From: Macrostomum lignano
Lineage: Eukaryota
Direction of reading: 5' to 3'
Length of the DNA: 64,000 nucleotides
Assembly: GCA_002269645.1 (NCBI GenBank)
Contig: NIVC01000540.1
Coordinates: 251,478 to 315,477 of the forward strand
The notes under the pieces are model-generated. The model saw only the letters and a program-made list of their open reading frames with translations, was not told where the DNA came from and searched no databases. Both the position numbers and the translations under genes were made by a program. Below are positions 49,757 to 61,260 of the stretch, in pieces; position 1 is the first letter of the stretch; the number at the start of each line of letters is the position of its first letter.

Positions 49757-50350
49757 CTACAGCAGGCCGCAGGAGAGTTGCTTCTTTTTCTTCTTGCCAT
49801 CGTCCTGCAGCGCGTGGAAGTGTGCCCGAACAGCCTCGGTGAAGACTGCGTCCAAATTCTTGCTCTTCTTAGCCGAACACTCCACGAAACGGTCGGCATT
49901 GATCTCTTTGGCCAGCTTTTCGCCTTCAGCTGTGGAAATCGGGTCCTTTACCGCTTCTCCGCCGACTTGATCGTCCCGGGTATCGGTCTTGGTTGCAACC
50001 AGAACTACCGGAGAATGGCTGAACCCGCCGAAGTGACGCAACTCGGGCACCCACTTGGCTTTTACGTTTTGATAGCTATCTCTGTTATCCACTGAATAGC
50101 ACAGCAAGAATACGTTGGTGTCTTTGTAACCCAATGGCCGCAGTCTGTCGTAGCTCTCCTGCCCGGCCGTGTCGTATATGGACAGCCTTACTGCCTTTCC
50201 GTCAACTGAAATGTAATGCGAGCTATCGTCGGCCACGGTTGGCGCGTACTCTTCCGGAAATGTGTTTAATGTGTAGACCAGGACCATGCTGGTCTTGCCA
50301 ACTGTGCCGTCGCCAACCAGCACTAACTTTATCGTGGTTATGTTCGACAT
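49757..50350 (-). CDS. Divergent Rho-family GTPase (197 aa from ATG at 50350)
   Basis: GDGTVGKT, YDTAGQE, TKTD, ECSAK, polybasic tail and CAAX CGLL; switch I YAPTVADDSS. Confidence 0.92.
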   Translation of the reverse strand: MSNITTIKLVLVGDGTVGKTSMVLVYTLNTFPEEYAPTVADDSSHYISVDGKAVRLSIYDTAGQESYDRLRPLGYKDTNVFLLCYSVDNRDSYQNVKAKWVPELRHFGGFSHSPVVLVATKTDTRDDQVGGEAVKDPISTAEGEKLAKEINADRFVECSAKKSKNLDAVFTEAVRAHFHALQDDGKKKKKQLSCGLL

Positions 50351-50783
50351 GTTTTGAGGCACTAGCGTGCTGATACACTCGAATGTGTTCTTATCGGCGT
50401 TCAAAATACTGATACGAGCTATGCTATTACAAACTTATCATAGATACGAGTATTTATAATGCTAGACGCACCCATTTACCTGCACTAGCACAGCTTCGTA
50501 CCCCTTGCGTGCCCCCTCTGTGTTAATTCGTCTAACAGCAAACTATGAAAAAAGCAAAAGGGATGGGTAGGGCGGAAAAATACCCCGCCACCACCCAACA
50601 CTACCCCCGAGCACAATGCCGAGGGTTTTAAATACAAAGCTCAAACCTAAGAAGACGACTTGTCTCAGTTCTTCAAAGCTTCTGTCTGTTGTGGCAGTGG
50701 GGGTAGCAGGCGTGTAAGGTAGTTGGCGTGAGAGGTTATCAGAGACTACCGATAAACGACCTGTTACAGGTTTAAAACTATGG

Positions 50784-51195
50784 CTGGCTATTCGAGACAC
50801 CATTTCTAAGAACAGCATAGTGTTCATTGCGATTGTGCTCAACGAACTGCTCATGGTGGCCTGCACTGTGCGCACCTGGCATTGGCTGATGTCTGTAGCG
50901 GAGCTGCTCAGTCTGCTCTGCTACCTGCTGGCTGTTGTTGTGCTGCCTAATTATTTTGGTTTGTTTGCGCTTAATTTGTCTGTGTATTCCTGGAGATTGT
51001 TGCAGATTATCGAGGAGACTGTTGCAGATTAGTGAGTAGCCTGTTGCAGATTAGCGAGGAGACTTTTGCAGATTAGTGAGCAGCCTGTTGCAGATTAGTG
51101 AGGAGACTAGGGATTAGTGAGAAGATTGTTGCAGATTATTGAGGAGACTAGTGATTAGTGAGAAGATTGTTGCAGATTAGTGAGGAGACTGTTAC
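50784..51195 (+). pseudogene. Frameshifted duplicate of the ATP9 TM exon (from ~41340) with part of its 22-bp intronic minisatellite
   Basis: Near-identical [38 protein letters not shown]; 4-bp deletion near 50810; followed by TTGCAGATTAGTGAG units. Confidence 0.9.
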
Positions 51196-51467
51196 TACGT
51201 AATGCGCAGTTAAGTATTGATTTTTAGGCAGATTTGATGCAAAAAACGCAAATTATACTACTATCTGAAAATGAAGTAAGTAGTATATGAAAACGCTATC
51301 CTAAGCGTGTTATATACGTAGCATACCTCAATATGTACTGGTGTATGTACATTAATCCCATGTGAAATGGCACGGCTCAGCTCATTGGTTTTATGAATCT
51401 ATTTTGCCATTCTTAGATGACTGTGTAACAATATGTGTGACAGAGATTATAAAATAGATTATCAAAA

Positions 51468-51740
51468 CCAAAGATTCGAGCTGTGTCATGTATTTTTTTT
51501 TATTTTTAGGGTACAGGAAATACACGTAGGATAAAAATTAACAAAGAATCCTGATTTTCTGACCGGAAAGCTTAATGAATATCAATAGAGCTACGAGGTA
51601 TAAGAAAAGCACAACATATCAACAGATAAACATTGGATTTGCGTCCTATCGAAAGTAATAATTTTTGTGCTGAAAAATCAAAAACTTCTATCTCCGTGGG
51701 GTATTTTTCGGTGAAAAGTGGCCTTCAAAACATTTTCCAT
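51468..51740 (+). repeat. Diverged direct copy of the ATP9 3' region 42835-43100
   Basis: Shared TTCGAGCTGTG..GGTACAGGAAAT..ATGAATATCAATAGAGCTA..GCACAACATATCA. Confidence 0.85.
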
Positions 51741-52014
51741 AGATTTTGAGTGTCGCGTCTTGTATATACTCGTAAGTTGCTTTAGTTGTCATTGTCAAAA
51801 ATCAGCCTTTAGGATAATGCAATCGTCTATGGTTAAACCATGAGCATATTCCATTTATTTTTTCACTTAAACTTCAGGATAATGATTTCAAACTCGGGAT
51901 AATGGACACCTATTTTTAGAACAAAACAGCAAACACCAACAACAAAGGATTATCGCTATGGAAAGTTAATTGTGCAGTATCAATATGGCGCAATTGTCAT
52001 AGTGCCGAAGACCA

Positions 52015-52330
52015 TTACAGATTGCAATTGTTGAAAGTGCAGTTGTTCATAATAAAGATATTCCGACCGTTCATCTGACGACCATCAGACACGCTCACTG
52101 CTTCTTGCACGATGGAACTTTGAATGCTGATGTCAGCAGGCATTGTTACTTGACCGTGGGTCGCGGCGCTTTGTCCCATGTTCAACGCACGCGACACTGC
52201 ATCGCTGCATTGTTGCAGGGACTTGTCCCGTTTAACTGCCAGGTAGCGCCGGATCGTGCTCTCGGACTTTTGACCCGTGATAGCCATGATCTCGCTCATC
52301 GAATGCCCAGCCGATTCCAGGTCTCAAGAA
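52015..52330 (-). mobile_element. Crypton-like tyrosine recombinase C-terminal remnant
   Basis: L.SAG....IMAITGQKSESTIRRY (box II TGH...Y, with H>Q) and the FIMNNCTFNNCN tail typical of DUF3504/Crypton proteins; upstream stop. Confidence 0.6.
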
Positions 52331-52690
52331 AGTGCAAGAAGTTCAAAAAGCCTTTGTTATCCTTCATGTCCTTCTGAGATGTGGAAAGTCTTGAGATCCA
52401 ATTGAGTTCGCTGCTAGATACGTTGGCTAAACTTTCGACAGGCAGATTGCCCCAGTTGATCGGATATGACGTCTGGTTCTCCATGGCCAAGCGAATGTAG
52501 CTATTTACGTTTTATTCTCTCTTTCTCTCCACATCTCCTTCCTTTCCACCCTCTTGACCCCCAGCCTGTTTGCAACTTCGTTGTCTATGGCCCAAACTCC
52601 AGTAAACCACCTCAGTCTTTATGTCTCTCTCTCCTCGGTAACCCCTCTCTCCTTTCGATGCCCTTTTTGTCTATGGCCCCACTGAAATTC

Positions 52691-52809
52691 GACAATGCGG
52701 TTATTCGTAAGTGAGACTTTAGGATAATAGTCCTATGCTCACTCGTGCGCTGCACTCATGAGCCGGACTATTATCCTAAAGTCTCACTTACTAATAACCA
52801 ACCATTGTC
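52691..52809. repeat. Long hairpin/inverted repeat, probable end of the Crypton-like element
   Basis: Perfect 27-bp arms 52707-52733 and 52765-52791, extendable to about 43 bp with few mismatches. Confidence 0.9.
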
Positions 52810-52959
52810 CTTGGTATTAAATTGACTTCAAGCTCCTCTTTATTACTTTTGTAGTAATAGGCTTAGTGTCTTATATCGTTATTATCGACAAATTAATCCT
52901 TATGTTTTTTAATTCTTCTTTCAGATTAATCTCTTTCAGAGCTGCGCTACTGTTAGTAG

Positions 52960-53634
<675 letters not shown>

Positions 53635-54469
53635 ATCTTTTGCTTTGTCGAGGGGGGTTATCGCGTCAAAACAGGCAAGCAATATGCCCTAGCGAGAAGA
53701 CGGAGTCTTGCTGCATTTTCAAGTTTTCGTCATGTGATCTGTGTTTTAGTGGGCAGTTAAAAGTGTCCAGTTTAAATCTAAGATTTTGCACAGTTGCTAC
53801 AGAACTTGTGCAAAGAATTCGCGCACTCGCATGTACGTACACTTCATTCCTAGTAGTTAGCAGGAAAATGGGGTGCACGAAAGCCAATTGCTCGAGCTTT
53901 TGCTGTTGGTACAGCAGTTTGCAGTACAGTTTATACACGGTCAATGGTCATACGCAGGAGTTTGTTTTTTGCAATTTAAAGTTCTCAAAACAACTTTGAC
54001 GAATAGGCCGCTTTACTATTAAGCTGTTTATTAAGTGCGAGCATATCAGTGATACGTGATGCTACGGGCAGATTGACTTACATAATAGCTTAGAAAGTAA
54101 GCTTTGTAGTTTCTGCTGCGCTCAAATGGGAAGTCCTGAAAACATTTCAATGGTGGTTTTATTTTCTATTCTAGAATTTATAGTCCTTGATGAGATTTAT
54201 GTGCAGGAACTCGTGCTAGTTCGATTTAAAAACTGAAACGGATAAAAATTTGTTAATTTTTTAATACCCTATTCGGGCGAATCAACTGGTTCGTCAAATT
54301 ATTGTCAATCCTCAATGTTTTTTTTACTTACTGTAAGTCTTGCAGCAAAAATGTGACAAATTTTCAGCGGGATTTCAGCATTGTAGACTGGAGAGTTTGC
54401 ACTGTTCTATTCGTGAAAAGCAAAAGCAGTGTTCTCTCCGCCTACTGCTGGCTCGTAACGCAAGCTTGG

Positions 54470-55150
54470 TTACATGAGTAGAGGGGCATAAAAGTTGCAA
54501 ACTGGAGTATCATACATGAGCAATCGTAATCGTGCTAAGAATTGGTCGTAGGAGGCGAACAGCAGGCCGCAGGAGAGTTGCTTCTTTTTCTTCTTGCCGT
54601 CGTCCTGCAGCGCGTGGTAGTGTGCCCGTACAGCCTCGTTGAAGACGGCGTCCAAGTTTTTCCTCATCTTAGCTGAACACTCGACAAAACGGTCGGCTTT
54701 GATTTCTTTGGCCAGTTGTTTGCCTTCAGCTGTGGAAATCGGGTCCTTTACCGCTTCTCCGCCGACTTGATCGTCCCGGGTATCGGTCTTGGTTGCAACG
54801 AGAACTACCGGAGAACGGCTGAACCCGCCGAAGTGACGCAACTCCGGCACCCACTTGGCTTTTACGTTTTGACAGCTATCTCTGTTATCCACTGAATAGC
54901 ACAGCAAGAATACGTTGGTGTCTTTGTAACCCAATGGCCGCAGTCTGTCGTAGCTCTCCTGCCCGGCCGTGTCGTATATGGACAGCCTTACTGCCTTTCC
55001 GTCAACTGAAATGTAATGCGAGCTATCGTCGGCCACGGTTGGCGTGTACTCTTCCGGAAATTTGTTCGATGTGTAGACCAGGACCATGCTGGTCTTGCCA
55101 ACTGTGCCGTCACCAACCAGCACTAACTTTATCGTGACTGTGTTCGACAT
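54470..55150 (-). CDS. Divergent Rho-family GTPase, paralog of 49757, with lost stop and a 29-aa extension past the CAAX
   Basis: TAG replaced by TTC after CGLL; ORF otherwise intact, 226 aa from ATG at 55150. Confidence 0.8.
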   Translation of the reverse strand: MSNTVTIKLVLVGDGTVGKTSMVLVYTSNKFPEEYTPTVADDSSHYISVDGKAVRLSIYDTAGQESYDRLRPLGYKDTNVFLLCYSVDNRDSCQNVKAKWVPELRHFGGFSRSPVVLVATKTDTRDDQVGGEAVKDPISTAEGKQLAKEIKADRFVECSAKMRKNLDAVFNEAVRAHYHALQDDGKKKKKQLSCGLLFASYDQFLARLRLLMYDTPVCNFYAPLLM

Positions 55151-55533
55151 GTTTTGAGGCACTAATGTGCGCTCGAATGTGGTTTAGAACTTTGCTTCTT
55201 ATAGCCGTAGTAAATCAAAGGGAACTTTCTAATAGCTGTGGTCCTTTCGCGCACAGAAGTTTCTGAATTTCTCCGACATGCTGAACAGCTTCTTATACCG
55301 GGCGTGCATGCAGCTAATTGTCTGTTCATCTTCTCATAAACTTGCGTTCTTTAGTTTCTAATTATAACTGAAAATTTCTATAGCTCAACATTCGTGCATA
55401 CGAGCAAGTCTGGCCCGCATTGCAGCTTTAATTGAAGCGGATTCGAATAAATACGAGTAGTACAGTCATTTAGTTTTCCTGAGCATTGCAATGCAGCACC
55501 TTTAAACTGAATCAAAAAGTGGGGTATCTGGAT

Positions 55534-55871
55534 CAGGGGTCGGCAAACTCCGGTCCGCGTTCCCACATACGGCCCTCAAAGCGTCTCTATGGCCCTCGGG
55601 TCCTTTAAAACTTTACAATAGCAATCTGGCTCGCTTAAGGTTAATGTCTGTCCCCTCTTCCCTTTCCCCTCTCCCTCTGTCTCTCCCCTATCCCCTCTCT
55701 GCTCTCTCCATTCTCTCGTCTTCCCCCCTATTCTCTTCTCTGTCTTCTTTCTTATCTCTTCTCTCATCCCATCTTTAAATTCACTCTTCTATCATCTATT
55801 CCTTTTCCTTTCCACTCTCATCTGAGCCATGAGCTGGATGCTTCATCTGGCCCTTGAAGTAAAAAGTTTTG
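55534..55871 (-). mobile_element. hAT (Charlie-like) MITE, short copy of the 24429 family
   Basis: CAGGGGTCGGCAAAC terminus; flanks ATCTGGAT and CTAGAT resemble the NTCTAGAN target; ~170 bp CT-rich core. Confidence 0.75.
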
Positions 55872-57087
55872 CCTAGATAAATATGGGATCGTAATACGTA
55901 TCATGCATTGAATGACTAGCAAATCCATCTCTCTACAAGCACGTCTTTGTATTCTTTGAAGTTGAAATATCGATCCAAATGATTCTTTAGCAGACTGACG
56001 GTGGTTAAAGCTTTTCTTTGACAGTGCTAACCTTATCAGCTCCTGGCTTGCACTGCAAACTTATGTTTAAAGTTCGATTTCCTCGATTTGCTTCAAAGTT
56101 GATCGATGCCCGAACCCACCCTACCGATTGATAAGTCACCCCCAAAAAGTTTGAAATCCCTGTAAGCAGTGCATGATGAGCTGAGCAGGAACTGAACTGA
56201 AGTGAAATTCGATCAGGTCGGAAGAGGTTCACAAGGACAATTTCTGCACAGCATGCATCATTGCATTCGCTCACTTTTCTGTACATATAGATAGCTCAAA
56301 CCAGCATAGAATACAATCTCAACTTTTGGCAACTCTGACATTTGTACTGCCAGCCTGCAATTTCTGACATACTGGTTACTTGATAGTTTGTCTGTTCGCT
56401 ATTCGTTGACTAAAGTCTTCTCGAGTTCAGGCCTATGATTATAGTTGAAGAAATTAGCACAGTCATTATCTTGTCTACCCTTGCTGTGTATTTTTCTCTT
56501 TTTTATTCTCTCTGTGGTGTGGCTTATCTTTGTTCTATCAAATGTACTGACTCTATTTATCTGTGACTTTCCACATTGCAGCTAGGCATACACGTAACTT
56601 CACTCAGTCAAATGCTTCATTTCTTCGAAATGGTGTCTAGAGCCATAATCCGAGCACTGCATGATGCATTCAAAATTCAACGCACTAGTCTCAATAGATT
56701 AGCCATTTTTACGAAGTATGCCATATAGTCTACTTTTGATTACTACGCTCGTATCATATTCTCTATGATACGAGCTCGACAGGCTGAACCAGTGAGAGAA
56801 AAGTGAGAATACTTTGCTAAAAAGCGGATACAGTCCGTGCATCTCAAGGATGTGCAATGTTCGGTATTTCGTCACGTTTATTGTTGCTATGTGGCTGTCA
56901 AGAGCGCAAGAAATGTATTGCCCATTCATTCAGTTAATACTGTAGTAGCTACGACGCGTACTCAGCGTGAGCACTGTACGAATATATTTGGGCTGAGATT
57001 AGCAGTAATGTATAAAATTACACACCGAAGCATAGTTAACAAACGATTTAAAAAAATTTAGTTTTTTACAGAAACTTCTCAGTGGAG

Positions 57088-57714
57088 TTACAGCAGAGTG
57101 CAAGGTCTCGTCTTATTATTTTTCTTCTTCTTGCCGCAGATGCCTTTAGCCATTAGGTGGGCTCGCACAGCCTCCTCCATAACCTGCTGCAGGCCGTGCC
57201 CAGTCAGTGCTGAACACTCTACGTACGTTTTGGCGCCAATTTCTGTCGCCATTGCTCGTCCCTCGCTGCTGTCAACCATGGTGATATTTTGCCGTTTCAG
57301 ATAGTCGATGGCAGCCGAGTCAGTACGAAGATCGGCTTTGGTGGCCACTAAGATTATGGGCACGCTTGGGCCATAGTGCCCCAGCTCTGGGCGCCACTTA
57401 TCGCGCACATTCTTGAAGCTGTTCCGGCCGTCAACTGAAAAGCACACTACGAACACGTCGGTGTTGGGATAGCTGAGTGGTCGCAGTCTGTCGTAGTCCT
57501 CCTGGCCTGCCGTGTCCCACAGCTGCAGTCGCACTGGCCGGCTGTCTACTGTGACGTCGTACGAGAAGTTGTCAACAATCGTTGGCACATAAGTCGTCGG
57601 GAAGCCTTTCTTCATGTAGACGCTTAGCATGCAGGTCTTGCCAACGGAGCCATCGCCAACTAGAACGACTTTGAGCGTATCTACTCTGTTGCTGCTGTTA
57701 GCGTTATTAGACAT
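57088..57714 (-). CDS. Divergent Rho-family GTPase (208 aa)
   Basis: [55 protein letters not shown]. Confidence 0.93.
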   Translation of the reverse strand: MSNNANSSNRVDTLKVVLVGDGSVGKTCMLSVYMKKGFPTTYVPTIVDNFSYDVTVDSRPVRLQLWDTAGQEDYDRLRPLSYPNTDVFVVCFSVDGRNSFKNVRDKWRPELGHYGPSVPIILVATKADLRTDSAAIDYLKRQNITMVDSSEGRAMATEIGAKTYVECSALTGHGLQQVMEEAVRAHLMAKGICGKKKKNNKTRPCTLL

Positions 57715-58955
57715 TTGCTATTGCCTTTGGCCAGCCACTCTAAACTTTTGGGGCTGGGGGAGTCTAAGTTGCAACTCGTATAGAGTATAGAGCTAACCAG
57801 GTGAAGATAGAGCAGAGTGTGTCTCGTTTGGTTTATTTGGAAGGTTTCTCGTGGAAGCAAGGTAAATAGCACAGTAATGGCGTATGTTCTGCAAATAGCG
57901 TTCCTGCTTTTATGTGCAGTGCGCAAGAAATTCGGCTTCTCTCTTCACCAGCGTACTGGCTGCGCCCGTGTAGAGTGCCGCAGGCGAGCGGTTTGTCCAA
58001 ACCCTCTTCCACTCTGTCCCTGTCTGTACACTCGAGAAAGGCATACCTCGGGGCTCTTTCAAACAGAAAACTTTTATTTTGGCTCTGACTAATTAGGTTA
58101 AATTTAGCGTAAGAGTTCTGTCCATTATTTTCTACAGCATCTATCATTTAAACTTTTTTTCTCTGAGTAATCATGACCCCTCGAGCGAAGATGCTTGCTG
58201 CTACTGAGTGCACGTTGGTCTCGAGAAAGCTCTCTCTTTTCTCTCTTCTTTCCTGTCTTTTCTTTGATAACTTAAGGAATATTGAGTCGTTACTGTTTGC
58301 TTCATTTCTTAGCTTGAAGCTTAGATGACAAGAATGTTTACTTGGAGATGACATTTCCTAGTCAAATCAAGTTCTCCATTTAAATGTAGACAGAATAAAA
58401 ACTTCTGTTAAAACTGTCCATTTTTTTCTTGAATAGCTTGAATAGAGTTAAAACATGAAACAATTTAAAGCAACGGAGAAAACACTGACCCGTTTGTTTG
58501 CGCCTGTAGCTGCAGTAACATGTAAATGCAAATTTGTTATTGTCATTTGCGCATCTTATCTCACAACTAAGCATCGGGCAACAGTCGCTGCCGCCCTTGC
58601 TCCGCAAACTGCGCAGAGACTTTGCATGCTGTTTCGCTTTTTGGGGATGCAATGAGCCGTTTTGGTTTTCGAGGAGCGGACGAGCAAGCAGCAAGTCAGG
58701 AAAAATTAATTCCGCACAAAATTTCCTAATTTGGTTTATTTTATGCAAACGCGTGCGTACGACGAACTAAACGCATGTCCGCCAACAATTAACGACAGAG
58801 TATATGTATTATTCTAGTTCTGCTTTAAAATTGTATGCACAAACACAAAGATGCTGAAATCCATGGTGAAAAGTCTACTGAAAGATTGGAATGATTAGTG
58901 CGTCATGATTTCTGTAAATTTATGGTCCATATGTTCCTGTTTTCCAGCTTAGTTC

Positions 58956-59537
58956 TTAGAGAACGCTGCAGCTAGGGTTTGGCTTCCTGTGCGGCTTTGT
59001 TGGCATCATCACTGCTCGAATGGCCTCATCGAACACAGTTTTAAGTCCCATCTGCATGCGAGCTGAACACTCCAGGTACTTAACCGCGTTGATCTCCTTG
59101 GCTAGTGCCAGGCCCTGCGCCTGAGAAATCGGAGCCTGATTCTTGCTCTTTAGTTTATCAATGGTATCCTTTTCCTCCCGAAGGTCCATCTTGGTTCCAA
59201 CTAGCACGATTGGCTTGTTAGGACAGTGGTGGCTCACCTCCCGGTACCATTTGGCTCGGACATTCTCATAGCTGGCTGGGCTTACTAAGGAGAAGCAGAC
59301 CAGGAACACGTCCGTATGCGGGTAGCTCAGCGGCCTCAGCCTGTCGTAGTCATCCTGGCCTGCCGTGTCCCACAGGCCTAAGTTGATGGGCTTGTTATCG
59401 ACCATGACGTTTGCTGAGAAGCTGTCGAACACTGTTGGAATGTACTCGCTTGGAAAGGTGTTGGTTGTGTAAGAAATCAACAGGCAGGTCTTGCCGACAC
59501 CTCCGTCGCCGACAACAACGCACTTGATTGACTGCAT
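58956..59537 (-). CDS. Second Rac-subfamily GTPase (193 aa)
   Basis: [51 protein letters not shown]. Confidence 0.95.
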   Translation of the reverse strand: MQSIKCVVVGDGGVGKTCLLISYTTNTFPSEYIPTVFDSFSANVMVDNKPINLGLWDTAGQDDYDRLRPLSYPHTDVFLVCFSLVSPASYENVRAKWYREVSHHCPNKPIVLVGTKMDLREEKDTIDKLKSKNQAPISQAQGLALAKEINAVKYLECSARMQMGLKTVFDEAIRAVMMPTKPHRKPNPSCSVL

Positions 59538-60652
59538 GGCTATGTTTTATCAGTAGCTGTGTGCCTGTTCGCAACAGAGGAAGGTCACTTTATGCTGAAT
59601 CAAGCCTCAGTCTGGGGTCGGCTAGAGCACTGAGCCATTGCTTTTTCAACGCACAATAGGCTATAAATGCAGCACAGCTGGAGGGCAAGGGGAGGGTTTC
59701 AAATTTGAGTTTCAGATTTGGTCAGCTTCTAAAAATAGTACAGCAGTCTCTCGGGGTAAGGTGGACGTTGTAGGTCACTGGGTGGGTACCTGGGAGAGTG
59801 GGGTACTCGGAAAACATTCGAGTCTTCAACCAATCAGTGGAAAGAGCTTGAGGTGTTACCGCGACAAAATTGGCCTGCGTCAGCCTCAAAGCGTACTAGT
59901 TTTTCTCTTCAACTAATTATTATTTCGGCTGTTTTCGTACGAGTGTACGCTTTCAGCGAATGCTATTCTCAATATAGAGATAAAAAAAGAGAGCAAAAAA
60001 GCTGGGGCTTATGCCAGTCGCACGAGGTCTAGCGTCTCACAGGCGTTTACGAGTCGCAATTTACATCCGGTTGAGAGAGCAATTTGGGCCGAGTAGTTTA
60101 GTTATGCTCTTACCGGGAGTAAACAAGCTAAAACCTGGAGTTTTAGCAGCAGTTAGTCTGATTCTTTACCTATTGTGCAAAGAATACGCTGGATAGTGAA
60201 TACACGTTACGAGTAGTAATCAATTCTGGGTGAATTTTATTTATGTGAATAAATTTTTCAGGTCTGAATTATTCAAAACTACACGTAGCGACGAAAGTGC
60301 GTTTACGCTTATTACTCGAATAGTAGCTTTCTAATCGGTCGCATTCAAGACTTGTTATCTAGAAAGTTTACTTATAGTTTATTTATAGTGTACTTATATT
60401 TTACTCAGTTGCATCACTTTATTAAATGAAGTTTTTCATGACTAGGCCTGCCAACAAAAGTCCAGATTTTTTAGTAGCTAGATTTTCTTGCCTAAGCTGG
60501 ATCTGAACTTGTTAAATATGAAAATATACTGTTCCATTGGTTAATTAATCTCGAACTGTTATATATGTGTGCCGAAGCTAGTTCATATTAGTTGTATATT
60601 GCCTGAATGATGACAATTTAACGTCCGGCCTAGCTGATAACGATTTTATCGC

Positions 60653-60754
60653 TAGTAGTAGTATGTTTTAAGGGGCTGCGCCACACTTAATTGCTCGGGC
60701 GCATTGCGCGCCAGCTCGCTGGATGACTCAGCCCCTTAAAACATACTACTACTA
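60653..60754. repeat. Perfect 26-bp inverted repeat starting with (AGT)3, candidate Polinton terminus
   Basis: TAGTAGTAGTATGTTTTAAGGGGCTG at 60653-60678 and its exact reverse complement at 60729-60754. Confidence 0.9.
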
Positions 60755-61260
60755 CCAGGAGGTCATGGATTCAAGTGGGTGTGTGATATGTAAATATACA
60801 TATATCTGTGAGTGAGGGTGTTGAGGGTGAGGGCGTGTGGGGGCATTGGCCTGTGGTATATTTCTCAGAACACAGAATTTCCGGAATTTTTATACTTTTA
60901 AAAAGGGGGGGTGCCCTCGCCCTCATGCCCTCACTCATTTTGAAAATCACTAAAAATAAGTGAAAAATGACTAAAAACAGGTGAAAATGGTCTGAAAACA
61001 GCGATTTTTTGTGATTTTCTAATTTTTTTAAAAAGTGCAATTTTCACGATTCCAGCTCTAAAACCATGAGAAAAGTTGGATTCACGGGTCAATTTAATGC
61101 AATTTCAGGTATATACAATATGAAAGTGTCATCTAATTTGACGATAGTAAATTTTATATATATAAAATGGCCTTCAGTAAACCATTATTTCTAGGAAATG
61201 CTTTAGATATTCAGTCAGGTATAGACATAATTGACAATTAGGCATAATCGCCATATAAAA

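Noticed and set aside
56005-58770. Short ORFs between the Rho genes (60-122 aa)
   Set aside because: No recognisable motifs, no coding-like codon bias and no splice-consistent structure.
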